64,000 nucleotides of DNA from Azolla caroliniana (Eukaryota; Plantae; Polypodiophyta), in NCBI GenBank assembly GCA_043228905.1, contig JBHGNT010000020.1:7192001-7256000 (forward strand), in the 5' to 3' direction. The translations under genes were made by a program, and so were the position numbers. The notes beneath the pieces were generated by a model. It was not told where the DNA came from, made no database searches, and saw only the letters and a list, made by a program, of their open reading frames with translations. The stretch's first letter is position 1, and each line of letters begins with the position of its first letter. Below, piece after piece: positions 49,540 through 63,552 of the stretch.

Positions 49540-52500
49540 ACGTTATCTCCTCAAAGGGCATCTCCATGGATCCAGCTAAAGTCCAAACTGTGCTAGAGTG
49601 GCAAATTCCACGGTCAGTACGAGATGTACAATGTTTTCTAGGATTTGCTAACTTCTACCGTAAGTTTATACAAGATTACTCGAAGATTATTTTACCGCTC
49701 ACACAACTTACGAAGAAGGGACAAGCATTACTTTGGTCCAATGAAGCGAACATGGCTTTTCGGCATCTTAAGGAAGCCTTTACATCAGCACCTATTCTAG
49801 CCCATGTGGATACAAGCAAACCATTCATCATGGAGGCCGACGCATCAGATTTCGCCCTCGGTAGCATCCTTTCTCAACAAGGAGATAAAGAAGAGTTACA
49901 CCCAGTGGCTTTCAATTCGCGCAAATTCGATGTTGCAGAAATCAATTACGAAATACATGACAAGGAGTTATTACCCATCGTGGATTCATTTGTGCAATGG
50001 CGGCATTTTTTGATGGGCTCTCCACATCAAGTCATCGTCTTCAATGATCACAAGAATCTTTCTTATTTCCAGAACGCTCGTGTGCTAAATCGACGGCAAG
50101 CTAGGTGGGCTCATTTCCTCACACGTTTTGATTTCAAAATCGCATATCGATCGGGAAGCAGCGAGGAAAGGCAGATGCACTATCACTGCGTTCATATCTT
50201 GCACCTCGTCCTGGTGATCCCATGTTCGATAATCAGAAGCAAGTAATCTTGGGACCAACACGATTGCACACAATGCGGATTTTTCACACCCCAATGAATT
50301 CCCAGATTATCGACACCATACGTGCGAATTTGAAGATGGACAATTTTGCTCAAGACATTCTGGCGCACATTGATACCTCTCGGGCATCCTGTTCCCAATC
50401 TCAACAACCAGGTATGGAGTGCTGACAATTCGAATATCACGATGGTTTGTTATTCTTCAAAAAGCTTGTATATGTCCCCAATTGCTCCTGTTGCCTTCAA
50501 ATCGTCCAAAGTTGTCACGACACCCATATGGCGAGACATTTCGGTAGCACTAAGACGTTGGATCTAGTTCAACGATCCTTTTGGTGGCCCCATATGCGAC
50601 GTTTTGTCGACGACTACGTTCAAACCTATGATGCTTGCTGGCGAGCAAAGATGCCATGACACCATCCATGTGGTTTGTTGGAACCCTTACCGATTCCAAG
50701 AAAGCCGTGGCAGTCTATTTGTCTTGATTTTATCACAGATCTGCCAGTCTCGAAGGGGTTTAATGTTATCTTAACCGTCGTCGATCAATATACAAAGATG
50801 GCACATTTTGTGCCATGTACTAAGGCCATCACTTGCGAGGAAACCGCCGCCCTTGTCATGCGTGAGGTATTTCGGCATCATGGCCTCCCAGATAGTATCA
50901 TCAGTGACCGAGGACCACAATTTCTCTCCAAATTTTAGCAGCATCTCTTCAAGATGCTCAAGGTCTCTTGCGGCCTCTCCTTCGGCGACCATGCTCATAC
51001 CAATGGGCAAGCGGAACGAACAAACCAAACGTTGGAGCAATATCTCCGGTGTTTCCTGAGTTAGCAATAGGATGATTGGGCCGAGATTCTCCACTTTGCG
51101 GAGTTTGCGTACAATAATGTTGTTCACTCCTTGACTCGAGTCTCCCCATTCTACGCTTATACCGGTTCTCATCCTCGCTGGTCGGTGATCGACACCCCAG
51201 AGCTACCTATCAATCCTCGTGCCGAGGATCATTTGGAGAGATTACGCAAGATCCAGATGGATCTCTCTACTCATCTTCACCATGCTCAACAGACACAAAA
51301 AACTTACACAGATCATCATCGGCTTCCCTCCTCTTTTGCCATCGGAGATTGAGTATGGCTTTTACGTCATCACAACAAGACTACTCGAACGTGCGACAAG
51401 TTGGATTATCGCCGACTCGGTCCTTTCTGTATTACCGGTAAGGTTAATGATGTCACGTTCTGCCTTAATCTTCCTATGCATCTTTGGATACATCCGGTCT
51501 TCCGTAGTTCTCTTCTTGAACCTTATAAAGCAAACACTCTTCCCGATCGTGTTTCACCACCGCCACCCCCGAGTATGAAGTTACTGCTATGCTCGACTCC
51601 AAATTTGTTGGCAATAAACTTTATTATTTGGTCGATTGGCTCGCCTATAGTCCGAGTGAACGTACTTGGGAACCCGTCGAGCATGTCGCCAATGCTCAAG
51701 ATCTTCTTGTTGAGTTCCATCGAAAGTATCCGGACAAACCCGGTCCGCAATCAGCGCAGACTCATTCCACTTGTCGCCTTAAGGAGGAGATAGTGTCATG
51801 ATATGGCAAGACTCGAACCCATGACCTTATGTTATATGGGTCGAGCTCTTGACCATTATACCATTTATTGTAATACATAGGATGTTATTTTCATTTAAAT
51901 TTTATTATAGGAAATTAATGTATATTCTAGATTTCTCTGGAACATTCTAGAAGCTTCAACTCCTAAGAACACTATAAAAGAAGGCACTGGGGATTATGTT
52001 GAACCAAATTGGTTCAACACTAGTCTTAAGCCTCTTATCCTTCACATAATATATTAGCTATTATCACCATCTCTCTCTCTCTCATCCTCGTTGTCTCTCT
52101 TTTCTCTTCTCCATCTCCCTCTCTGTCTCGGGAGTCATACGCAGTCCCGTCCTCTTAGTACTAATAGTAATTCTCTTCTTTAGTACTAATTCCCTCTCTG
52201 CTTTAGTACTATTCTTGACAGCAACCGCGTTGAGGACGTCCCCATGGAACTGGCGGCCCTGATCAGATAAGAGTTGGACAGGGCAAGCATGCTGAAAAAT
52301 TACTTTGTGCAAAAGTTGGGATGCGATTGTTGGCGTAGTGACGTCAGGGATGACAACAATTTCAACCCATCTGGTGAGGTATTCTGTTATGACCAGGATA
52401 TACTTGTTGCCACTGGGGGTTTCGAGAAAAGGTCCCATGAAATCCCATCCAACGAGCTCGAAAGGCGATGTGACGGTGATGGAGCATTCCAGCGGCATTG

Positions 52501-53498
52501 CTCGCGGGTTTGATGTGTTGACACAAAGCACATTGGTTGATGTAGGTAGTAGAGACAAAGTGTGGCATGTTGGGCCAATAATACTTGAGACGTAATTTTT
52601 CAAGAACCTTGTGGAAACCTAGATGATCCGACAATGGGTGGTCATGATAAAATTGGAGATACGTCTGTTGTAGGGCATGAGGGATGTAGAGAAGCGGCTC
52701 GTGATGTGCTTGAATGAAGAACACCAAGTTATCGTGGAGCATGAACAGTCGTTGTGAGGGAAATGGTTGGAGGGAGCGGAACTAATGGGTTATCTCTCGG
52801 ATGGGGGGTCGTGTTGCTGAAGTGTAGTGAGTTATGGTAGTGGTAGTGGAAGGTCAGACGTCTTGGGTAGAAATTGGACAACTTGGAAATCGGTGCGAGA
52901 GAGACTATCAGCGACCAAATTGGTTACACCATTTTTATAGGAGAGGGTAAAGTGATAATGTTGAAGTGCCAACGTCCATCTCAACAAGCGGCCCGGGGGG
53001 TGAGGTCGATGAATAAGAGAAAGTAAGGGCTGGTGGTCAATCTCAACTGTAACCTGCTCGCCATGAAGGTATGGGTGAAGACGTTAGAAAGACTAGACGA
53101 TCACAAGTAGTTCCTTCTCAGTGGTTGAGTAGTTCCATTTAGCCGGCGTGAGAGTTCGGCTCATGAAGGCGACTGCCTTCTCTTGCCCGTGGCAATCTGT
53201 TTGCAGGAGGACGGCTGCTAACCCATGTTTAGAGGCATCTATTTGTAACGTAAATGGCTGGTCAAAGTTAGGATGGGTGAGCAATCCTGATTCCTAGACC
53301 ATTGGTTATAGGCCACGAAAGTTGTCTTTGCAAGCAAGATCCCAAACGAATGACACACCTTTCTTCAGGGGATGATGGAGGGGGAAAGTGACCAAGGCGA
53401 GGTTTAGGATGAAGCAAAGGGAAAACGTGATCATGCCCAAAAAACGTTACAATGTTTTTATTCAGGTGGGGTGGGGGTGGTCGGTGATGCCACCTACC

Positions 53499-56400
53499 TG
53501 ACGGGAACTCAAGCGCTCCCTATACGCAACGCTCAGCCATAACCGAGCTTAGAATCATACACAGACAAATGGGAAATAAAACACGACACGAAGAAGAAAA
53601 CAACTGCACAGAATGTTTATGTGGAAAGCCCAAAGAGGGAAAAACCACGACAACCCACAGGTTGCAAACTATCACTATGCTAGAATGTACAACAGTGAGT
53701 TCACGGAGGCAACGGCCTCGTGCTCACGATCCTCGCCACAGGCGGCGATTACAATAGAGGCAACGACCTCTTTCTCTCTCACTCTCTGTACACAGTTACG
53801 TTCTCTCACTTTTCTTGCACCAACAACTATATGTATAAAAGTTTTCCCTAAGTCATATTTATACTAATATGACTTTTTGGCTATTTACAAGTATAGCCTC
53901 GATGGACTCTCAGAAACATATTTACGAATATGTCTCTTCATCCGGATCTCACCGGGTCTGCACCATCCGGCTCTCCGTAGCCGGGTACTCCTCATCCGGT
54001 TCATACCGGGTCTGCACCATCCGGCTCTCCGTAGTCGGGTACTCCTCATCCGGTTCATACCGGGTCTGCACCATCCGGCTCTCCGTAGCCGGGTACTCCT
54101 CATCTAGTTCATATCGGGTCTGCACCATCCGGCTCTCCGTAGTCGGGTCCTCCTCATATGGTTCATACCAGGTCTGCACCATCCGGCTCTCCGTAGCTGG
54201 GTACTCCTTATCGGGTTCATACCGGGTCTGCACCATCCGGCTCTCCGTAGCTGGGTACTCCTCATCCGGTTCATACCGGGTCTACACCATCCGGCTCTCC
54301 GTAGCCGGGTCCTCCTCATACGGTTTCGGCCTCGGCCGAGTTTGTTCATCGGCATTGTTCTTCTCCCTTCCCATTTGGAGGGACCTGTCTCCCAACAAAC
54401 TCCCCCTTCACTCCGGCATGGGGTGTCTTCCCAGTCCGATTTTCTTCCGGCATGCATCCAGCTTGTCGGGTATCAGCACTTTGGTCAGCATATCTGACCC
54501 GTTCTCGGTCGTGTGGATCTTCAGCAGTGCGAACTCCTGGTCATCTACTCTTTCCCGGATCCAGTGATACCTCCACTGGATATGCTTCGTCCGGGAATGG
54601 TAGGCCGGATTTTGAGCAAGGTGGATGGCACTTTGACTGTCGCAATAGTGTCGGTATTCATCTTGCCGGATACCGAGCTCTCCGATGAAGTCCTTCATCC
54701 ATAAGATTTCCTTGCCGGCTTCCACAACCGCCTCTGTGGTTGACAATGCAACCGTTCTCTGCAGCCTCGACTGCCACGAAACAACTCCCCCTGCATATGT
54801 CATTACATACCCGGATGTAGATCGGCTGGTATCCACATCAGCCGACATGTCCGAATCGGTGAAACTGTCAAGTTGAGGTTTTCCGGAGCCGAATCAGAGA
54901 CACATATTTGAGGTGGCCTTCAAATACCGGAGTATCCATTTGATCGCGTTCCAGTGCTCCTTGCCGGGATTGCTCATGAACCGGCTCACCACTCCGACTG
55001 TATATCCTATATCCGGTCGGGTACACACCATTGCGTACATCAAGCTCCCGACGACAAAGGCATATGGAATCTTCATCATATCCGCCTTCTCTCCTTTCGT
55101 CTTTGGGCTTTGCTTGCCGGATAGCTTGCAGTTTGCCGGAAGTGTCGATTCGACTGGTTTTGCATCTGACATGTTGAACCGGTGAAGCACCTTTGTCACG
55201 TACTTCTCCTGTGACAGCCATAAATGCTTCGCTTTCCGGTTAAGGATGATGTGCATCCCTAGCATCTGTCTTGCCAGACCCAAGTCTTTCATTGAGAAGG
55301 TCCGATTGAGAGCCTTCTTCAGCATCCGTATTTTGACATGGTCCCGTCCAACAATCAACATGTCGTCCACGTACAGAAGGTGTATCAGGAAGTCGCCTCC
55401 TTCGAACTTCTTCACAAACACACAGTGATCGGCCTGCGTCTTGTGGTACCCTTGATCGGTCATGAAGGAGTCGAACTTCCAGTACCATTGTCGGGGAGCC
55501 TGCTTCAGTCCGTATAGGCTCTTCTTCAACCGGCATACCAGGTGTTCCTTCCCTTTCTCCACGAATCCTTCCGATTGCTGCATGTAGATCTCCTCTTCGA
55601 GGTCGCCGTGAAGGAATGCCGTCTTCACGTCCAGTTGTTCTACCTCGAGGTCCATGCTTGCTGCTATACTCAGCACCGTCCAGATGGAGGTCATCTTTAC
55701 TACCGGGGCAAATATCTCATCAAAGTCCACGCCCTTCTTTTGTTGGAACCCCTTCACCACGATCCTGGCTTTGTATCTCGGGGGGTTGCCGGCATCTCCC
55801 GGTTTCAACTTGTACACCCACTTGTTTCAAAGTGCCCGCTTTCCTTTCGGCAACTCCACCAATTCGTACGTATGGTTCTCATGGAGGGAATCCATCTCAT
55901 CCTGCATGGCACTTAACCATTTGCGGCTATGGGTGTCATCCTTCGCTTCTTCGAAGCTTTCCGGCTCTCCCTCATCGGTCAGCAGCACATGCTCTGCATC
56001 CGGAAATCTCTGGGGGGCCCTTCTCTCTCTAAAAGGATATCTCCGTCTTTGGGCTTCAGTAGCCGGCTCCACCATTTGCTCTTCATAAGAATCCGATTCG
56101 GGGTCTTGGCCGGTTCCGATTTCGGCTTCCTCTACTTCTTCTTCAGCCCGTTCGGTATCCTCATCGTAATCATCTGGTCCCTAGAGTGCTAACTGGTCTC
56201 TTGCCAGTTGGGTCTGCTCATCGTAGAGTCGATCCTTACAGTTCGACTCGGAGTTCATTATCTTCTTCTCCGACTCCCAGTCGGCGAGCGTCTTGTTCTC
56301 CATGAAGATAATATCTCGACTCCGGAATACCTTCTTGTTGACCAAGTCCCACACTCGGTAGCCCAACTCATCGTCACCGTAACCGAGGAATATGCATGGC

Positions 56401-56712
56401 TAGGTCTTTGGATCTAACTTTCCTCTCCGGTCCTTAGCTACATGCACATACGCGAGACACCCGAATACCTTCAGATGCTGGTAGAACACTTCCTTACCGG
56501 TCCGGACTCTCTGTGGCGTGTCTCCGTCCAAGGGTACTGAGGGTGATCTATTTATCACATATGTCGTTGTCGACAGTGCCTCAGCCCAAAACCTCTTGGG
56601 TAGTTTTGCATGCGCTAGCATACTCCGGACCCTCTCCATTATGGTCCGGTTCATCCTCTCGGCCAGTCCGTTTAGTTCCGGCGTCTTCGGCACGGTAAAT
56701 TCGAGCCGGATT
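53499..56712 (-). mobile_element. Copia B2, 5'-truncated (3' LTR 53499-54397, part of INT, RT, RH)
   Basis: Closely similar to B1; PPT next to the LTR. Confidence 0.93.
53945..54325 (-). repeat. 54-bp tandem repeat x7 in B2 LTR
   Basis: Seven units at 54-bp spacing starting near 53951. Confidence 0.92.
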
Positions 56713-57911
56713 CTATATGTATGCCATTGTCTTCATGTGCATCACCTCCCATATCACGGTGTCGTGAAGATCCGTCACTACACGCGGATCGTGAGGCGGA
56801 ACCGTCGGGGTTCTGGACCAGAAGGATTTAGAGTCGATACAAGCTTTGGCGAGAAAGTACTTAAGATAGATTGGGAAAGAGAGAAGTTGAGATTACACGA
56901 TCAATTTGATAACGAATTTCTTCCTCTTAATTTTCATAAAAAAAAACCCCGTCTTTTTCTCCTCCCCCTTCCCTCTTTTATAGATGCTCTCATGCATATG
57001 ATGCATGTGAGGGTACAAGACATGCATAAATTGCATGTTTGCCATTTGGCGCTTAAGTATTACATGTGGTGTATGCTAACCATGTCACTCATTTTAGCTC
57101 TCATGTATGAGAATTTACATGTAAAAGTACAATGATAGAAATATAATTTCACCTAAATAGCATGGCTTAATGGTAAGCCAATTGACTCCTAACTTGGAGG
57201 TGCAAGGTTCGAATCCATACTTGCCCTCCTTGTATATGTAAATATGTATATATATTTATATATTTATTTTATCTAGTCGCCGGACGCCGGTTCGCCGGAT
57301 ACCAGTGCCTCGCCGGATGCCGCCGCCGAATACCGGTCCCGCCGCCGGATGCGGCTACCGAATACCGGTGCCGCCGCCGGATGCCGTCGCCGGATACCGG
57401 TGCCGCATGCCGCCGCCGGATTGCGGTCGGATGCCATCGGATCACCGGCTCCATCGCCGGTCCGGTTTTGGTTGGCCAAAACCCTTTTCGAGTAGCTAGC
57501 CACCTCCACTCTTAGTTCAAGTTACCTTGAACTCTCTATGCTCCACACATAGACTCAAAGATAATATCTTTTGCTCCACCTTATATATGATGAGAGCCGT
57601 ATTTGTCGTGCCTATGTGGGATATCTCACAATTTTCTCTTTTCTTTTCACAAACTTTATACCCTCATATCTTGACATTTAGTTGTCCATTTCTCGTGTAA
57701 TAAAGTGCATTCGAAACCTCCATCATTTTGTACTTAGATATTAAAAATGTTATCTTCACAATTATTGTATTACGTGATTCATACTCGATTTCGTACGTTT
57801 TATGGGATTTTCACACTATTGCCGAAAATCTTCACGACATCCACCCCCACCAAACCGCACGTCCTCCGGTACGTGCCAAGAAGAGAAGAAGTGAGATTTC
57901 GGCTACGATGA

Positions 57912-60900
57912 TCAATTAGATTCCTCCATGTCTTCATTTTCATCCGGCCTATTATGTTCATCGTCGAGGTAATCGAGGTCAGGATCCTTGTCTTGTCTTT
58001 TCTTGAAAAGCTTTACTCTTTTCCCCGCAATGGGTACGGCCAACCTTGATCCGTCTAGTTCCGCAAGGTGGTATGTGGCATTATCGTTGGCACTTGTCAC
58101 CACATACGGCCCGAACCATCTTCTTGCGAACTTCCTTGTTGTACTATGTTGATTGTCAAGTGTGCTGTCGTAAACCAAAACCCAATCCCCTTCTTCAATC
58201 TTCTTGGGACGAAGTCGATGCGTGTTGTCGAACCGAACTTTGTTCTTTACTCGGGCTGCCTTCATCATCTTTTGCACTTTTTCTAAATCTTCAGGTCTTC
58301 TTTCAAGTTGCCTTATCCGCGCCGCTAATAACTCTTCTCGGCTCATCTTGTTCCCCCACGGTATCGCTACCCATGAGGCGATCGTCCTTTCGATGGGCAT
58401 AATCGGCTTTTGTCCATACATAAGCTCCGTCGGCATATACCCTGTCACCGAGCTATGTGTCGTTCTATCGGCCCACAAGGCATAGGGTAATAGTCGTGGC
58501 CAATTCCCGACTCGACCGTTGCATGCCCGTACGATGGCTTTAACGATAGGTCCATGCCCTCTCTCGATCTTCCCATTTGTATCCGGATTGTAGGCAGTCG
58601 TGAGGGAGAGCTTCACGCCTAGTCTTTCGAAGAGCTCCGTCGCTTCGTGCGCGTCCAACTCCCCTCGGTCGGCCACTATCTTCCCTACACATCCATATCG
58701 GCAAACAACATCTTCAAGTAAAAATTTACAAACGGCTGAAGTCGTCTTATTTGTCAAGGCTCGTCCTTCCACTTGATTTGTCAAGTCTTCCCTTGCGAGC
58801 GCTAAGTACTTCATTTGTCCCACTCCCATTGGCATCGAGACCAGATCCACCATCCATTTGAAGTGAATGGTGAGTGGGTATGTTGGCTTTAACTCATCAC
58901 GATGACGTATATTTGAATATATTTGGCAAGTTTCACATGTGGAAACGAAATGGAGTACATCTTTGTACATGCTTGGCCACCAGTACTTCTCCTTCAATTT
59001 TTCGAACGTCGCCCATGTTCCTCTATGACCTGCCCAAGCACTCTCGTGGAATTCGGTCATCAACGTCTCTTGCTCTTCTTTCTTTACCACCACTCGACGT
59101 GGTATTCCTGTCCTTATTTTTGGATGTCGCCAAAGGAATCCTCCCTTCAAGAAGTATCGATAAGCTTTCTTCCGGATTCGTAGGGCCTCCTCCTTTGTCA
59201 ACGAAGCATCGGTCATCAATGTTCTTAGGAATCTACCGATGAGTAACCACTCTCCTTCGTACTCGTTCTCGTTGAAGGCGTGGAGGGTTTGCGTGTCCTG
59301 GTCTTCCGCCGACAATCGAGCCATCTTGAAGAAGTCGAGGGCGATATCTTCATCTTCCGAAACCATGTTATTTCCATTTGAAAATCTTGCTCTCGACAGC
59401 ATGTCAGCCATGGCGTTCTTCTTCCCTGCGATGTGACAGATCTCTGGGTTTAAAGACTTGATGTAGGCGATCCACCATAGCATAGCAAGATCTGGGGTCA
59501 CACATCCCGAGACCATTCCGAGAATTGGGAGACAATCTGTCTCTATTATCACTTCTAACCCGATCAGGTAATCTTTGTCCGTCTTCACTGCCGACACAAT
59601 ACCCCAAAGTTCCCGCTTGACTTGGGCATATCTTTGTTGCCGTTCGCTGAGAACCTTTGCTCCGAACCGGACGGCATATCGCGCATTATCTTCACCTTCT
59701 TGATTGATTACCCACCCGATTCCGGTTGGGCTCGTATCTACGGTCACGTAAATTGGTTTCCCTTCGGCATAGTCGGCCTTCCTTAGTGCCGGAGCTTCAA
59801 GAAGCAGTTTCTTTAATCTTCGCATCGCCTCTATGTGCTCGTCTCAACATTCGAACTTTATTCTTTTCTTTAGTAGTCCATATAACGGTTCGGCGACATG
59901 AGCGTAGTGAGGAATCCATATATGATAAAACGCGCACGCTCCAAGGAACCTTCGAACCTCCGTTTGGTTTTCGCATTCTTTTTTCATGTCTTGGATTGCG
60001 TTCACTTTGGATGGCGAGGGCTTCCGGCCGTATGCTCCACACAAGTGACCTACCACCAAGATCTCCGGTTGCCCGAATGCGGATTTTTCTCCCGAAAATG
60101 TCAAATTCGTATCTTCGAGCCTTTGAAGCACCTTCTCGCAATCTTTCATATGATCCGCAACGAACTTTCTACAACCTTCCTTATCTTTCGATTCATCTTT
60201 CTCCTCATCCGAACATCCTTTTATCGGAATATCATCCAAGAATGGCATCGTGATGTCCGGAATGCAATCCTTCAAGACTTTATTCATGGCATTCACCATA
60301 TGATCCACCGAGTTCGTTGCGCCTTGGTTGTAATGTCCCGACTGTCGATCGCCAATTGGAATTGGTCATATCCGGAGTAGAGATCGCCAATGGAGTAGAT
60401 GGATCGGCCCGCAAACGCTTCGGCAAATTCGTCCACGCTCGGACCGATTCCGGCATTTCGAATCGTCACCTTGTTGACGGGTTGAAGATCTAAATGAATC
60501 GCAATGATCCATTCTTCTTCGGCACCGTGAACCACCTATTCGAATAAGGAGCATTCGACGGTTCTAGAATTCCCATACTCACCTTCTCCTTTAAGAGCTC
60601 GATCAGCTTCGGAAGGTGTGCTCTCGGAACCAGTATCGGTTTCAAATTCCAAGGCACATGAGGCACCATGAAGATCACCATTGGCTCTATAACCTTTGGG
60701 TCGGCGCATCCGATTTCTCGTGGGAAGAATGCGAAAGCCTTCCTATGTCTCTCAAGCATATCGCGACACATTCGCTCCTCTTCAGGGAGAAGGAAATCCT
60801 CCTTTCCAACTCGTAGCTTCCCCTTTGTCTCTTTGGTGAAGTCATGACCTATCTTCTTCGGATCTCTTAAGCTTGGATCGTTAACGACTTCCTTCATCTT

Positions 60901-61362
60901 TTGCCAGCTATCTTCCGGTAGCGGAACCGCAACTGGCTTGATCTTCTTATCCACCGTTTTATATTTCGTGTTGATGTCAGCTTCCTTCATCGAGATGCCA
61001 CGACAGTATTCATCGATGATAGCGTACATGTTGACGGAGTTAACCGAAATCACGCATTGGTTGTGAAGATAGCTCAAGTCCACGACGTCCTCGATTTCGC
61101 CGATGGTGTCGTTAAATGAGGCTTCTTCCATAATATGAGTCACGAACTCCCCTTCTTCTATTATGTTCTCTTCTTTCAGCATCTTCTCGAATTCTTGTAT
61201 CCGGTGCTTGTGCTTCTTGTTGGGTAGTACTAGTTTACATGCGCCACTAGGTGTGACACATGTTGCTTCTCCTTGCAATCCACGCACTCTTCTTTCTTGT
61301 GGGGTCTTGTGATTGCTCGGACTATTTGTGCCCCATGCTTCAATAGTCCGTTCTAAAAATCC
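57912..61362 (-). pseudogene. pol: A2 pol
   Basis: ORFs 60490-61287, 59844-60308 and 57912-59825 carry RT, RH and INT motifs. Confidence 0.95.
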
Positions 61363-63552
61363 GAGGATTCGCCTCCGAGACTATCTTGATTCCTTTCATG
61401 ATTGGCTCGCACCGTTAGGAATTGGATCGATCTTTGGTTGTCAAGAATCTTTATTCGTGCGAAGGCTGCTCCATTATCGAACACTCTGGTCTCCATCCGA
61501 GATGATGTGATATAAGGTTGCCCTAGGATGACAGGATGCGATGCCGATTCTTGTACGAAGAAGTGTTGATCCATCTCCACATCCCCGATCGTGACTTTGA
61601 CATTGGGACAAGCTCCGTACAAGTCCTCCGTAGACTTTGTTGCCGCACGAATCTTCCATCCGTGGTTTGTATTGATTGGCCATCTTCCCTTTTTGTAGAA
61701 GTCGGTTGACATGAGGTTGATCTCCGAGCTGTGGTCGATCAAGGCTACGACGGTCTCTTTCTTCTCCCCGATCTTCACCGGCGTCTCCGTTGTCGCTCGT
61801 GCTCAATGAGGTCGAGTGTAGTGGCTGTCCACCATATCTTCATCGATTTCGTCTCTTGCCATCGTTATGGCATTCGTTTTTGCTTTTTGCGGCTTCTCTT
61901 CTTCCTCGTCCGATTGTTGTCTCTTTCTCTTTACAAGGTCCACGATCGTGTCGTGGAACTCCTTCTTCGTAATGCCAAGAAATTCCCTCAAGGACAAAGT
62001 TACGTGGCTATCAAGAACTCGTTCTTCGAGAATCTTCTTTAGGTCCGTCGTCTGCTCTATGTCCGACCTTAGCTTATAGGTAGGTATAGTCCTTGTCCTC
62101 CGAGCGAGGTCTTTGACACCAACCTTCACGGGCCGAACCGTTTCTTCAACTCGTATGCTCGGCTCCCCTTTTTGGCTTGATTCTCGTTCCTCCGTTTGTA
62201 AAGGTCGACTCGTCTCCGCATCGTCCTTCTTTTTCGCGTTCCTTGTTTCATGTCTTTTTGATGGCCCTTGCTCTTCTATTCTCTTTCTCTTTTCTTCGAC
62301 GAACACCTCGTGGTTGTCGCACATCACCTCTGCGAGTATGGTGTTGTCGTCCACCGGATCCGACCACCCGGTTATGCTTTGCACGCTTCGGTCCGCAAGC
62401 TCTACCTCGTTCGATGTGATTTTTCCCTTCTTCTCATATTCGAGAACGGAAGTCCAAAACTTTGCTCCCGCTCTAACAGCTTCAGTCTTGTCTTTCCCGA
62501 CTCTTATTCCGGCCGACGCAGCATAGTGCATCGCATCCACATGAGTCGCATCGGCATCCTCCATAGATCTCTTCATTCCTCCTCTTCCCGAAATTCACCC
62601 GTAGGGGTCTTCTAGTCTCGCTTGAGCAGATCATGTTGTCCTCTATGTATACGGTATTTTGTCGAATCGCCTCTCGAAGGCTCGCACAATCCCTTCTCAT
62701 GTGGTCCATGCTATCGCACCACACGCATCTAAAGGGTTCTTTTCCTTTAGGGCCCCGACGATTCATGTTGGCTAGAGTGACCTTCTCGAACTTCTTCGCT
62801 AGCTCTTCAATGATGTCGTCATCAATCTTCTTTTCTTCCACGTTACTTTGTCTTGGCGGCTCAACTACTTTCGGCGGTCTTGCTTTCTCCGTGGTAGTCG
62901 GTCCCGTCAAGTCGGTGTCATCAACCCATTGGCGACGCTTGTCGAGCCTATTGCATGCCCGCTTCACCGCGATCCAATCCACTACGAGCCCATTTGCTTG
63001 GGTATCATCTTCGAGAAGAGTCCCCAACTCCCGTCTATCCTTTATGTCCACGGCCTTCAAGAAGTACAAAGTCTTGTCCTCTTCAAGCAACACTTGGTCC
63101 GTATTGGGGAGACGACTAAACATCTGGTCGAATTCGTCGTACACCCTCGAGACGCTCATCTTCTTATTCCTCTTCTCTATCCACTTCATCAGGGCATGTC
63201 GAGTCATCCTCGTTGAGTCTTCAGTCACGAACTCCGCTAGTATCGTTTTCTCGAACTCGGACCATGTTGTCTTTCCTTCTTGAAGCTCGATGACGCGTCT
63301 TTGGATGTTGTTGGCGACAACTCTCTTGAAGCTTGCGATTTGACGTGCCTCGGACACGTCCCTTTGATTCATCTCCCTCTTATATGCATCAAGGAACTTC
63401 GTAACGTTCCTTCCATCGAATTGGCCCTCGAGCTCTACGACACGATCGACAGCCTTCTCCACGCTCGCGTCGTTGTCCCGAGATCTCATCATTTGCTCGA
63501 CGATTAGCATCATCCTTTCGAGCTCTCCTGCTTGGTTGCTTGAGGACGCCAT
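61353..63552 (-). pseudogene. gag: A2 gag-protease
   Basis: ORFs 62482-63558, 61803-62576 and 61353-61778, homologous to A1. Confidence 0.93.

Larger units (their letters stand above)
45614..51801 (+). pseudogene. pol: F pol (PR-RT-RH-INT-chromodomain), interrupted by E
   Basis: LLDSRA, KKKDGSLRLVVDYRGLN, EADASDFALG, ICLDFITDLP, YLVDWLAYSPSERTWEP. Confidence 0.92.
43946..52220 (+). mobile_element. Chromovirus Gypsy element F (Tcn1/Tf-like)
   Basis: LTRs 43946-44398 and 51794-52220, TSD GCAAC, PPT aaggaggagatag, C-terminal chromodomain. Confidence 0.95.
43073..53498 (-). mobile_element. Ty3/Gypsy element G (201-bp 3' LTR 43073-43273), degenerate, split by F and cut off at B2
   Basis: PPT ctcaggggggaaa next to LTR; INT (TSPYHPQTNGLTER at 43460-43951, GWDFMGPF at ~52440) and RH (QIDASKHGL at ~53240) fragments. 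Confidence 0.82.

Noticed and set aside
53945-54325. CRISPR-like appearance of the 54-bp array (and of the GGCATCCG array)
   Set aside because: Units are contiguous with no unique spacers, lie inside LTRs, and no cas genes are present.
53869-54567. 232-aa repetitive ORF and its overlapping frames
   Set aside because: Product of a stop-free 54-bp (18-codon) tandem repeat in an LTR.
57160-57225. Functional tRNA-Arg(CCU) gene in the A LTR
   Set aside because: A CT-CCT-AA loop is present but the acceptor and anticodon stems do not pair; kept only as a promoter-like module.
62633-63283. Long antisense ORFs over gag/pol of A, B and D
   Set aside because: Shadow frames of coding sequence with no independent features.
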